Source: a virus (taxonomy: Duplodnaviria; Caudoviricetes). Taken from it: DNA of 64,000 nucleotides. Shown here in pieces: positions 46,728 to 55,687 of this stretch (position 1 is the first letter of the stretch; the number at the start of each line of letters is the position of its first letter). A program made the position numbers and the translations under genes. The notes under the pieces were generated by a model. It was not told the origin of the DNA, did not search any database, and saw only the letters and a list, made by a program, of their open reading frames with translations. Location: IMG/VR virus record IMGVR_UViG_3300037418_000840; one strand, 5' to 3'.

Positions 46728-47191
46728 GAACGACGTCCGAACTTAGCGGTCAAGTCGGCCAGCGCCTGAGGACTAGCCTTCACGTGCTGCTGGAGCGTGG
46801 TCACAGACCGATCTGAGGCCATGACTTGAATCCGGCCACCCAGGGTTCCGTCGTCGACGAAGGCGATGGGTGTCGCCGTCTTGCGCGCGGACAGAAGACG
46901 AAGACGCTGATCTTGACGCCCAGCCTCATCGTATTCGGCGCGCCATTTGCGAATGATCGAAATCGCGGACCGCAGTTTCTTGATGGCGAAATCGGTACGT
47001 GTCACGTCGAGGCGATACCAGCCACGACCGCGATAGTAGAGACGAACGCCGTTCGGGAAACCGATGTTCTTGTGGTAGTCGGGGGTTTTCATCCACCAGC
47101 GCAGATTATCCCATTCTTGACGATTGAGACGAACTGCGACCGTTGCCGTGTCATCGCGACGGAGGTTGGACGTAAAGATGAACTTCTTCAT
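46724..47191 (-). CDS. hypothetical protein
   Basis: Start trimmed to MKKFIF after CTACCGAAAAGG. Confidence 0.75.
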   Translation of the reverse strand: MKKFIFTSNLRRDDTATVAVRLNRQEWDNLRWWMKTPDYHKNIGFPNGVRLYYRGRGWYRLDVTRTDFAIKKLRSAISIIRKWRAEYDEAGRQDQRLRLLSARKTATPIAFVDDGTLGGRIQVMASDRSVTTLQQHVKASPQALADLTAKFGRRS

Positions 47192-47257
47192 GGAGACTCC
47201 TTTTCGGTAGGAGAAGATAACAGGAACTGCACACACTACACTGTCTATTTACTGCAG

Positions 47258-47770
47258 TCAGCAGAGTGCTAAAACCGAGTCCAAAACACGAGATGGATAA
47301 TCGTAGCACGCCGCCTTATAATTCTTGTAAAGAATAATAGTCAGATTCGGATCATCCTCCTCCGTCTCATGGACAACGGCGAGGAATCCTCCATTGTCTA
47401 ATCCGTAGAGGGCGTCCAAGTCACCGTTGGTCACACCGGTTACGAAAGCGTCCTCATCGTCACGAACACGAATACCATCCGTCTTCGTGAGTTCTTCATC
47501 GTCTTCGAAGTGTCGCCATTGATTCATGATCTTCATGAATTTCTGAGACGAGATGTTCTTGACTTCGATCCGAAGAATGCGAGCCGCGTTGAGACCACCA
47601 TCCTTAAGCGGAGGAGCCGTTTCAGACGCCCGAACGTCGACACGAAGAACGCGCTTCTTGGCTTTCTTGAGACCCAGCGCCTTGAAGAACTTGATCACGC
47701 GTTTGACCAACAGTGGACCCGCATCTTCATAGTCCTCACAGATGTCGTCGAACATTTTACGCTTTTTCAT
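47258..47770 (-). CDS. hypothetical protein
   Basis: Start trimmed to MKKRKM. Confidence 0.7.
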   Translation of the reverse strand: MKKRKMFDDICEDYEDAGPLLVKRVIKFFKALGLKKAKKRVLRVDVRASETAPPLKDGGLNAARILRIEVKNISSQKFMKIMNQWRHFEDDEELTKTDGIRVRDDEDAFVTGVTNGDLDALYGLDNGGFLAVVHETEEDDPNLTIILYKNYKAACYDYPSRVLDSVLALC

Positions 47771-48179
47771 GGCCGGCCTTCTTGGATTTGGTTGACGAAG
47801 CCGTCTTCTTGGCACGAGGGACCTTGCGCAAATAACGCTGGAGCTCAAGATCAAGGAACTTTCCGTAGTTCTCTTTCAGATCGGCCACCACTTCCTGAAT
47901 CGACGACCGATACTCGGAAACGAAAACATCACGCTGTGGGCAGAAGGAACGTATGCATCCGCCGAACACAACATCAAGCTTTTCGTCCAGGTCGTGATGG
48001 ATGATAAACGACACGTCTTCGGTGCGGAAGATCAGGGCACCACCCTCCTCGTCGTGCTCGACGTAGCGTGAGTGTGCGGCGGCAAAAGCGGCAATAGCGT
48101 TCGCGCCGTCACGAACTTCGAGGGGCAATTCCATGAACTCGGCGAGGTCATTGGCATGACTGAGTTTCAGTTGAGACAT
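47757..48179 (-). CDS. hypothetical protein
   Basis: 140-aa ORF, GAGGT RBS. Confidence 0.75.
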   Translation of the reverse strand: MSQLKLSHANDLAEFMELPLEVRDGANAIAAFAAAHSRYVEHDEEGGALIFRTEDVSFIIHHDLDEKLDVVFGGCIRSFCPQRDVFVSEYRSSIQEVVADLKENYGKFLDLELQRYLRKVPRAKKTASSTKSKKAGHEKA

Positions 48180-48187
48180 GATCTACC

Positions 48188-48619
48188 TCAGAGAGAAAGT
48201 TCTGCTACGAAGTGAAGTCCGAATTGGCCCTTCGAGAAGTCAATGGATCGACTGAGAAGTTCAGCGTCGAGAGCCGCTCGTAGCGTGCCCAAACCGCCAA
48301 CAATTTCTTCCAAATGTTTGCTGGTCAACGAGGCACGCGCCGAGTGATAGTCATGCTGCGATTTGACCGATGTCCCGATGAAGATCGTTTCGGTGGTGTC
48401 GCGTGTCCAGCCCGTGATTCGGACTTGGAAGATCCCTAACTTGTCCTCGTCGTCGACGAGTCGTGTACTCGACTCGAGCCACATGGGCTTTCCGCACTCG
48501 GGACAGAAGTTGGCGCGCTGTTCACTGTGACCGCAGCCACGATCACGAAGCTTTTGATAAAGCTCCGATCCAGGAATCTTGTATCCGACCATGATTACTG
48601 ATGTAAGACTTGCGCTCAT
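48188..48619 (-). CDS. zinc-ribbon-containing hypothetical protein
   Basis: CGH.....NFCPECGK. Confidence 0.75.
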   Translation of the reverse strand: MSASLTSVIMVGYKIPGSELYQKLRDRGCGHSEQRANFCPECGKPMWLESSTRLVDDEDKLGIFQVRITGWTRDTTETIFIGTSVKSQHDYHSARASLTSKHLEEIVGGLGTLRAALDAELLSRSIDFSKGQFGLHFVAELSL

Positions 48620-48653
48620 GATTGAGCTCCTCTACGTGAATGAATGATAAATG

Positions 48654-48950
48654 TCACTGGAAGTGACGGCCTCGCATGTAGACCTCGACACGAGCGCGTG
48701 CCGGATAGTGGACGGCCGCCCTTGCTTCGGCTTCACGCTCCTGTTCACGCTTGTGATACGCGCGAAGCCCGAGGTAGAAGCCAACAACAATCGAAAGGAG
48801 GGCCGACAGCACGAAGATGAGGATCGCGGCCAGCGCCTGAGCCGTGTTCTTTGACGTACCAAGCAAGAGGCACGCAGCGCCAACGCTTATCAACAGCCCG
48901 TAGAAGATGGTGCGCATCATGATGCGAAACGGCGAATTAGGGTTCTTCAT
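48654..48950 (-). CDS. two-TM membrane protein
   Basis: Start trimmed to MKNPNS; two hydrophobic helices. Confidence 0.7.
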   Translation of the reverse strand: MKNPNSPFRIMMRTIFYGLLISVGAACLLLGTSKNTAQALAAILIFVLSALLSIVVGFYLGLRAYHKREQEREAEARAAVHYPARARVEVYMRGRHFQ

Positions 48951-49150
48951 TGTGGTCTCGGATACTTGTTGTCCAACCATTGTTGAAATGCTACACGCGA
49001 CTGACGACGGCTCGGGGCGCTGATAACGTGTGTCTTGTACACGCCATGATGGTCAGACTCCCGGATCTCGTACAGATCACAGTCTAGCGGATACAGTTCG
49101 ATCAAGTGATCAGGGGCAATGCGCCTGAGCTTGATCCGGCGACAATCCAT
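48947..49150 (-). CDS. hypothetical protein
   Basis: 67-aa ORF, GGAGG RBS. Confidence 0.6.
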   Translation of the reverse strand: MDCRRIKLRRIAPDHLIELYPLDCDLYEIRESDHHGVYKTHVISAPSRRQSRVAFQQWLDNKYPRPQ

Positions 49151-49161
49151 ACTGTCCTCCT

Positions 49162-49773
49162 TCAGTATGCATCGACATTTACTACCTTCGCAGGCTTACG
49201 ATCAAAGGGTGGAGCATTAGGATCCCAAGTGATGTCAGCTATCAAGTAATGATCACGGTCATCGCTATCGCTATCCTGCCATAGGCGAATGGGAGACACG
49301 AGGAAGCCCAGACCCTCTAATCGCTGGACGACCAAGACAGCGACACCCATCGCCCAGGTGTAGCCTACTTCATCCTCAGGAGCTAAGGTGTCGTCCGTGG
49401 TCTCAACTTTGCCGAGATTCACATTGGCAAGAAGCTGCCGGGTCGGCGCCGTGCTAACAATCAGCCGCTTGATTTCGGTCAAGCGATGATTGGCTTCGCG
49501 TTCGACCTTGTCCATTACCTTGAGACAATACATGGAACGCGCGCTGTCGGCCGTCAATTCGACAACCGGATCAGTCATCGACTTGTTCCACCATCGCATG
49601 TAGGGTTTGACCCAGAGACGAGCAGCACCTATCGTGAACCCAGCGACGATTAGCGCCGCAAAGAACGGTGGTACATTGTAGATGTACAGTCCCCGAAGGA
49701 TCAGGATCAGGATCGGCAGGATGCCGAGGGCGGCCACAAGTGCAGCCAGGAGCGGACGTTTATTGTTGTTCAT
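49162..49773 (-). CDS. membrane protein with cytoplasmic domain
   Basis: Start trimmed to MNNNKR (GAGGA RBS); two N-terminal TM helices. Confidence 0.75.
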   Translation of the reverse strand: MNNNKRPLLAALVAALGILPILILILRGLYIYNVPPFFAALIVAGFTIGAARLWVKPYMRWWNKSMTDPVVELTADSARSMYCLKVMDKVEREANHRLTEIKRLIVSTAPTRQLLANVNLGKVETTDDTLAPEDEVGYTWAMGVAVLVVQRLEGLGFLVSPIRLWQDSDSDDRDHYLIADITWDPNAPPFDRKPAKVVNVDAY

Positions 49774-49781
49774 GTCGATCC

Positions 49782-50111
49782 TCACTCGGCAACGTAGGAG
49801 ATGCGTGTCGTGTACCACTCCGACCGCTTCAAGGGTACGCGCTTGCCTTGCCGAGCGTAGAAGCGGCGGACTGCGTCGTCATTCACGTCCTCGCGTTCGT
49901 GATGGACCCATTCGAGTTGTTGGAGGTAGCCATCGTCGCCATTGAACTGGAACGATTCGCCACGGGAAGTTTTGAAGAGGAGAGTTTGCAGAGCCTGCTT
50001 CTCAGCCTTGAGGGTTCGAGCCTCATGGCGGAGTTTACGGAGTTTGCGATTGACTTCGCGCAAGGCATTAGCCTGATCCGTCGGCTTCTTTGCGGAGATG
50101 AACTTCGTCAT
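49782..50111 (-). CDS. hypothetical protein
   Basis: CTACCGAAAGGA before start. Confidence 0.75.
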   Translation of the reverse strand: MTKFISAKKPTDQANALREVNRKLRKLRHEARTLKAEKQALQTLLFKTSRGESFQFNGDDGYLQQLEWVHHEREDVNDDAVRRFYARQGKRVPLKRSEWYTTRISYVAE

Positions 50112-50146
50112 GATGATGTCCTTTCGGTAGACAGTGAAATCAGGTA

Positions 50147-50458
50147 CTACAGAGCAGTCCAGCCTTTAATGTTTCGCCGGGACTTCGCTCGTTGAGCGTT
50201 ACGTGTGGCGAGGGCATCGAGTGACACGTCCTCGCGCATAGAGCGAACGACTTGACGCGCTTCGGCCCACGCCGCGGTTGAATCAATGACTGACCAGCAG
50301 AGTGAATGGTCTGCACCACCGCTCTCATACTGATCAACTGCTTCGGGTGAAGGGAAGACCATCCACTCGGTGGAATACTGGCCCTTGAAACGGATGCAGA
50401 CGGCATTGGGCATTACTTGCTTCACCACTTCCCGTGCCGACAGCGGTTTGTTACCCAT
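50147..50458 (-). CDS. hypothetical protein
   Basis: 103-aa ORF, GAGG RBS. Confidence 0.7.
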   Translation of the reverse strand: MGNKPLSAREVVKQVMPNAVCIRFKGQYSTEWMVFPSPEAVDQYESGGADHSLCWSVIDSTAAWAEARQVVRSMREDVSLDALATRNAQRAKSRRNIKGWTAL

Positions 50459-50477
50459 CTTGGCCTCACATGAGAAA

Positions 50478-50503
50478 GGGAGAGCCCCAAGGAGGACTCT
50501 CCC
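50478..50503 (-). terminator. terminator-like hairpin
   Basis: GGGAGAG/CTCTCCC stem followed by TTT on minus strand. Confidence 0.55.
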
Positions 50504-50537
50504 AAAACCCTAGTTGTCGCTAGCGAACCGCGCCTTG

Positions 50538-50861
50538 TTAGTTGAGGTGCTCGATCGTCGAGTGACGATCACCTTTCCAAACCGCGCCGAGAAAGTCGGT
50601 CTTGGTGACGGACAGGTGTTTCATGGCCGTATGCTGGACTAGGGCCAGTTCACGGGGCGATTCGGCTTCACGGACCTGCTTCGCATACGATTGATAGCAG
50701 GCAACGGCGTACGAATGGAGACGCCGCCGCGAGATACGCTTCGTAATGCGACCGCGACGCAGGAGCCGATCTTGTTGAGCGCGGAAATGCGCTTCGATGG
50801 TCTCCGGCGTAACGAGATGGAGCAGTTCACGGGCCGTGATTGCGACTTTGAGTTTCTTCAT
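50538..50861 (-). CDS. basic hypothetical protein
   Basis: 107-aa Arg/Lys-rich ORF. Confidence 0.7.
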   Translation of the reverse strand: MKKLKVAITARELLHLVTPETIEAHFRAQQDRLLRRGRITKRISRRRLHSYAVACYQSYAKQVREAESPRELALVQHTAMKHLSVTKTDFLGAVWKGDRHSTIEHLN

Positions 50862-50946
50862 GATGAGACACTCCGAAGATAGTCATTAGACAAAAGGAGA
50901 AGGGGTTTATAAAGGTTCGCGACAGCTAGGGGTTGAAACAAACTGC

Positions 50947-51492
50947 TTAACGGAAAATGTAGGCACCGTCCACGTAGGCCACGGGCTGACCCGCAGGGCG
51001 ATCATCGGGTGGCTCCGGCGGTCCTTCGACCTCGGGTCCCATGCACTCTTCTTGAGTCTGCACCTGGACCGGACCGTAGTCCTCGGGCTCTTCGTCGTCA
51101 TACGAATCGTCGTATCGCGGGTTGCAATCGCTGCTGTGATCATCCTCATCACCAGCAGAGAAGGCATCGTACATCCGCTTACGACAAGCGGCGCACCGAT
51201 AATACAGAGGGCCAGCCATTCCCTCATCAGGATCGCGCACGGGCCGCACGTCTTTCTGCTCGGTGTTGCATCCTTCGCAGAACTGTAGGGTCTCCCTTTC
51301 CTCGGCAAGAGCCTTCTTGTGCTCGTCGTAGCATTCGCTACACATGTCGTGTAGTTCAGCACCGAACGAATCGGTCTCACCTTGAACACGATGCGTAGCC
51401 GGACGATCAGGGTGATCATCGCACATGATGCCTTCGGGCACTTTGTGTACCGCACCCGGAAGGGTGGAGCACGGGCCTACGGAGTCAGCCAT
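50947..51492 (-). CDS. zinc-finger hypothetical protein
   Basis: CDDH...CSEC...CEGC...CAAC; start trimmed to MADSVG after CTACCGAAAGGA. Confidence 0.75.
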   Translation of the reverse strand: MADSVGPCSTLPGAVHKVPEGIMCDDHPDRPATHRVQGETDSFGAELHDMCSECYDEHKKALAEERETLQFCEGCNTEQKDVRPVRDPDEGMAGPLYYRCAACRKRMYDAFSAGDEDDHSSDCNPRYDDSYDDEEPEDYGPVQVQTQEECMGPEVEGPPEPPDDRPAGQPVAYVDGAYIFR

Positions 51493-51527
51493 TGTTTGAA
51501 TCTCCTTTCGGTAGAGAGAGCCTACGT

Positions 51528-51833
51528 TCAGCACATGAGGTCATAGCCCACGTCACCAGGACGGGGCTGCCAGAATGGGGCACGACGGGGCGGCGAATGC
51601 CCAACGATCTTGACCGCGACCACGAGTCCATAGTAGGTGGTCCCGACCTGCGTCGGATCAAACGCACCTTGGCCCGTCGCCATCATACCTTCGACGCTGC
51701 GACCTGCGTAGGTCACGCATCCGCATCCGTTGTAGTTGACGAGCGTCACATACGCGGCGCGGACTTCTTCCCCACGCTTGCCACGCGAGGTGATCTCGAG
51801 CAGATCACCCGGCTTGAAATCTTCGAGTTTCAT
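51528..51833 (-). CDS. small SH3-like hypothetical protein
   Basis: Start trimmed to MKLEDFKPGDLLEI. Confidence 0.7.
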   Translation of the reverse strand: MKLEDFKPGDLLEITSRGKRGEEVRAAYVTLVNYNGCGCVTYAGRSVEGMMATGQGAFDPTQVGTTYYGLVVAVKIVGHSPPRRAPFWQPRPGDVGYDLMC

Positions 51834-51843
51834 GGCTGATCCC

Positions 51844-52155
51844 TTAGTGCAGATCGCCGAAATTCCACGTGCTGAACAGCGCACGCAGTTCCGAGTACGA
51901 CGTGACTACGGCCCAGGCTTGAACGCCCTTCTTGGTAGCGATCCGCACCTTGAAGGCACCGAGTTCGTAGTCACACACCAAACTAGCGCGAAACTTACCT
52001 TGACCGCGGATTTCGATCGAGTCTCGAAACACTCGATCGTTCTCTTCGTTTACCATTGATACGCGGATGGCCCGTTTGACGCGGATGCCGGCCTCGTGCA
52101 ACGATTGGGCAAAGACGGCGGTCGACTTACGGACGTTGGAAGCGATGGTCAACAT
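51844..52155 (-). CDS. hypothetical protein
   Basis: Start trimmed to MLTIAS after CTACCGAAAGG. Confidence 0.75.
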   Translation of the reverse strand: MLTIASNVRKSTAVFAQSLHEAGIRVKRAIRVSMVNEENDRVFRDSIEIRGQGKFRASLVCDYELGAFKVRIATKKGVQAWAVVTSYSELRALFSTWNFGDLH

Positions 52156-52241
52156 GATGGATCCCTTTCGGTAGGATAGGAAACAGAAACGACGAGAGCG
52201 ACCCGAAGGCCGCTCGATTGCGAAACGAAACAAACGAAACG

Positions 52242-52556
52242 TTAGTGCGCCAGTTCGATACCGAACTCGTTGCTGAGAACGCGCTCGAACTGCTTGAACG
52301 ACTTGACGACGCGCGAACCGCAGTTCTGCACTTCATCGCCCGACACCGTGAGACCGGTGATGCGCATCGTGCGCGCGTCGCGATCGACGTCGACGACGAG
52401 GAGGTCACGACGCTTTCCTGTGCGATTGGCGATGATCTCGAAGCGCGGACCCGACGCAGAACGAAACGCAGGAGTCACCTTGAGTTTCGTCGACTTGCGG
52501 ATCGCATCGGCGAAGGCGTTGACTTTCGGAGCGGAGATGGCTTTGGCGTTGAACAT
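52242..52556 (-). CDS. hypothetical protein
   Basis: First gene after promoter at 52645; CCACCGAAAAGG before start. Confidence 0.75.
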   Translation of the reverse strand: MFNAKAISAPKVNAFADAIRKSTKLKVTPAFRSASGPRFEIIANRTGKRRDLLVVDVDRDARTMRITGLTVSGDEVQNCGSRVVKSFKQFERVLSNEFGIELAH

Positions 52557-52644
52557 GGCGTTACCTTTTCGGTGGGTTAGTTAAACAGTAGGGGCGGGCC
52601 GCGTTGCGCACGCTGCGCTTTGCATCTACTCCCGTCCACGCCTT

Positions 52645-52698
52645 ATTGTACCACGGGCCGCCGGCGACCGCAATACCCCCTTGTTGCAGAAACGCAAC
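52645..52698 (-). promoter_or_regulatory. sigma70-like promoter with GTTG-N8-CAAC palindrome
   Basis: TTGCGG (52668-52673)-N17-TACAAT (52645-52650); palindrome 52683-52698. Confidence 0.7.
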
Positions 52699-52791
52699 GC
52701 TGCGCCCAGGGGTGGAGATTCAGCATATCAATGAAAAGGCCCGCACGGGGATCCTTATGTGCAGGACTGGAGTCCTGTACGTCCAAAACAA

Positions 52792-52823
52792 AGGGACGGG
52801 TCCCTAAACAAGGACCCGTCCCT
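52792..52823 (-). terminator. strong Rho-independent terminator
   Basis: 12-bp perfect stem AGGGACGGGTCC/GGACCCGTCCCT followed by TTGTTTT on minus strand. Confidence 0.75.
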
Positions 52824-53048
52824 CTGTGTGCGGTAACGCACTAAGCGTCTCAACTCGTAGACTACGGGCCAAGGACTAGGTCAGACAGCGATCTCTCCCC
52901 GATTCAATGATCAGCATGAGACTGGCCTCTGATTGCCTCCTTGAAAACCATCGCGTCTTGTGTTGTCTGCAATCCGGCGGATGCAGAACTTCAGGTCAGT
53001 CAAAGTAGCGCGCATCGTGTATGCACCATCTGCCAACAGGCGACTCGG

Positions 53049-53324
53049 CTACGACGCGTTACGTGGAGTGAAAGTGGCCCGAATCATCGGTCCGGTCAAA
53101 GGACCACAATCGAGAGGCTTTCCGTGTCCGATCCACGGAGCCTTCCCCGATCGGGGACCTAATACGCGAACAGATCTAACCGACAATGAGTCGCGCACCC
53201 ATGTCGGGGACCGATGATCGTATCGTCGTAGACAAGACCATGAAGATGGCAACCACCAAAGGTTGTGCATCCACTTGAGAATTGTCCACCAACGACGGGC
53301 CGCTCCGAAGAGCGAACCAAACAT
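53049..53324 (-). CDS. Trp-rich hypothetical protein
   Basis: AAGGA RBS before MFGSLF; short and atypical. Confidence 0.4.
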   Translation of the reverse strand: MFGSLFGAARRWWTILKWMHNLWWLPSSWSCLRRYDHRSPTWVRDSLSVRSVRVLGPRSGKAPWIGHGKPLDCGPLTGPMIRATFTPRNAS

Positions 53325-53335
53325 AGAGTCCTTGT

Positions 53336-53548
53336 CTATCGTTCGACTGGCGTTTTGGGCTTGATCGTAACCTCCACCCAATTCGCCATGTCGGTCAATG
53401 CGTCCAGGAAACGCTGAGGCAAATCTACTGGACCCTCAGCAATTGTCTTGAGGCGGTCGAGTGTCAGCAAGAATTCCTTAGCATCGGCCTTGCGTTCGGC
53501 GCGTTGCTTGTTTGCTTCGAACTCGTACGCACTATCATAGTGTCCCAC
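53336..53548 (-). CDS. hypothetical protein
   Basis: 70-aa ORF, GAGGAG RBS. Confidence 0.7.
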   Translation of the reverse strand: MGHYDSAYEFEANKQRAERKADAKEFLLTLDRLKTIAEGPVDLPQRFLDALTDMANWVEVTIKPKTPVER

Positions 53549-53584
53549 GTGACTCTCCTCAGCGCTTCCGTTGTCGACTGTTGA

Positions 53585-54085
53585 TCAGACGACGATGTTG
53601 TCGATCAGGAACTGTACACGAAGTGCCGCGCGGTCCACCTCGTTGACCGCGCTGTTGATCGAGTTGACGGTCGAGCTTGCTTGACTCGAGTAGTCCGGCA
53701 CTCGCGATGGCGATCCTTCCGCCTTTTCGTTGTCGGTGTCATCGAACAGTCGGCGCGGCAGATGGGGCTCCATCTTGTTGTTCAGGTCAACCAGCAACGA
53801 ATGCAGATCGCTGATTGCTTGATTGAGGGTCGTCGTCGCAGCTTCGACTTGCGACTGCTCGGGCAATGTGCCGATCACGCGTTTCGTCTGCATGGGTCCT
53901 TCATCGTCCTGGACCAACTTGGTCGAAGGCGCGAGTTCGAGGCGAACCATCGACGCGAGATCGGACAACGAGACCGGGCAACCGTCGACGAGAACTTGTG
54001 GCGGCAACTTGGCCTTGAGCGACGACGCCGCTTGACGGCCTGGAACACGCTTCGCCTGCGACTTGCTTGCGCTGATACTGGACAT
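53585..54085 (-). CDS. hypothetical protein
   Basis: 166-aa ORF, AGGAGA RBS. Confidence 0.75.
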   Translation of the reverse strand: MSSISASKSQAKRVPGRQAASSLKAKLPPQVLVDGCPVSLSDLASMVRLELAPSTKLVQDDEGPMQTKRVIGTLPEQSQVEAATTTLNQAISDLHSLLVDLNNKMEPHLPRRLFDDTDNEKAEGSPSRVPDYSSQASSTVNSINSAVNEVDRAALRVQFLIDNIVV

Positions 54086-54176
54086 GGTCTCTCCTTTGGA
54101 TAGTGCTCATTGGGTATTGGGAACCTCTAGAGCGGTTAGAACGTCTAGAACGTAACCGGAATGCCGACCCGTCGTG

Positions 54177-54929
54177 TTAGACGAGAAGCGGCTTTTTCTT
54201 GCGCTTCAACTCAACAAGTTTCTCCTTGATGGCCCGCACCGTTTCGGGATGCTTGTGCAGGTTGTCACGGAGGTGACGCAGTTCCTTACGCGAGAACTTG
54301 CCGCGCGTACGGATCGCATTGAGGGCCGCCATGTCGGTGCCGTTGCGGATCTTGTCCACGAACATGATGAACGACGGCTTGAACCCATCGTCGGTTTCCT
54401 CGACACCGGCCTTTGCCAGCTTCGCCACGTTGTCCACTTCGTCCGGACCGTACATATCGACCTTGAGGTCGTTGCTGTCGTCGTCATCGTCGTCCTTGAC
54501 GGGACGGCCGTGCTCGTCAGCGATGTACATGTCGACGTTCGATTGGGCGATGGTGCGTGCGGCACCAGCCTTGCGCACGTGACGCTCGGTATCATCGAGG
54601 CGTGCTTGTTCTTCACGCGCACCCGGACGCGCTTGAATTTCTTTGGCGGCTTCCGGTGTGATGATGGTCAGCACGCCACTTGCAACTGCGGTACGGAACT
54701 GCGAGGACTGGAGCAGACGCTCACGGCCAAACATCGCGGCCGCGTCTTGCGGCAACCATGTTTCTTTGATGACCAACGCGTCGGCGTCGCGGCCGTGAAG
54801 GCCCGGGATCGCCATAACGATCTCGGCCGACGTATCGAGTTTCGACGTTGCAACGCTGTTCAAGATCCACACGGGACCACGTGGACCCTGCTCTTCGAGA
54901 TCAGCGATGGTAAGCGTTTTGATTCCCAT
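54177..54929 (-). CDS. hypothetical protein sharing a domain with 57868-59052
   Basis: 250-aa ORF, GGAG RBS, GTAAATA at 55035-55044. Confidence 0.8.
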   Translation of the reverse strand: MGIKTLTIADLEEQGPRGPVWILNSVATSKLDTSAEIVMAIPGLHGRDADALVIKETWLPQDAAAMFGRERLLQSSQFRTAVASGVLTIITPEAAKEIQARPGAREEQARLDDTERHVRKAGAARTIAQSNVDMYIADEHGRPVKDDDDDDSNDLKVDMYGPDEVDNVAKLAKAGVEETDDGFKPSFIMFVDKIRNGTDMAALNAIRTRGKFSRKELRHLRDNLHKHPETVRAIKEKLVELKRKKKPLLV

Positions 54930-55040
54930 GATGTTGCTCCAAAATATGATTCAAGATAAACTACATGCTTGCGATGTGGGAATTGGGTTGCATGTGATGA
55001 GGGGCACGTCTAACGCATGCCCTCTACGCAAAACTATTTA

Positions 55041-55388
55041 CTACACGACAATGATAATCTCCGCCAGATCACGAAGCTCATCGTCAACACGAATAAACGG
55101 CGCGACTCTCAGTACGCCCCCTGCAGATTGTACGCGCGCATTCCAATTAGCGTAAGTTGCGTAGTAGGTGGCTTTTTCGTTTTTAAGAAACTCGCTGACC
55201 GCAGTTTTGAACACGTCCTCATATGGCACGTTATTGATCAGAGCTACTATGTGGCGTATCACTGAACGGACTGTACGATCAGTAGCCATGACTCCGACTA
55301 CGTTACCTTCTTCGGCAAGACTTATGGCCTTCCGTAGTCGACGTTCGAGTCGCTCCAAGTCTATCTGCATGGGCGTCATTGTGGTCAT
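55041..55388 (-). CDS. hypothetical protein
   Basis: 115-aa ORF coupled to upstream stop. Confidence 0.65.
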   Translation of the reverse strand: MTTMTPMQIDLERLERRLRKAISLAEEGNVVGVMATDRTVRSVIRHIVALINNVPYEDVFKTAVSEFLKNEKATYYATYANWNARVQSAGGVLRVAPFIRVDDELRDLAEIIIVV

Positions 55389-55687
55389 GACGTGATATCC
55401 TTGCGAATGTTGTGCAAGACTGTGCTCTTCAAGAGACTGAGCAGCGGTCCTTCGATCGGCGGCAGGCCCACGCGCTTCGCATAGTCGTTGGCCGAGAATT
55501 CGTGTTGACCCGTCTTCTCGTTGTAGGTGCCGAACGTGTCACTGTACATGCAACGTCCGTGGATGCGATGCTTCCACATACACGAACCCTTGGGCAACGG
55601 ACACGACTGAACGACCAACTGCTTCTGAATCACAACACAGTAGGTTCCGCGTTGCGATGTCGTTGGGTCTTCAACTACGTTGCTCAT
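55385..55687 (-). CDS. hypothetical protein with Cys cluster
   Basis: Start trimmed to MSNVVE (GGAGGA RBS); YC..CP....CMW...C. Confidence 0.7.
   Translation of the reverse strand: MSNVVEDPTTSQRGTYCVVIQKQLVVQSCPLPKGSCMWKHRIHGRCMYSDTFGTYNEKTGQHEFSANDYAKRVGLPPIEGPLLSLLKSTVLHNIRKDITS

Noticed and set aside
14595-54959. Other long antisense ORFs (14595-15503, 24363-25190, 39924-40688, 43541-44326, 54174-54959)
   Set aside because: Same shadow effect; each lies fully opposite coding genes, with implausible composition.
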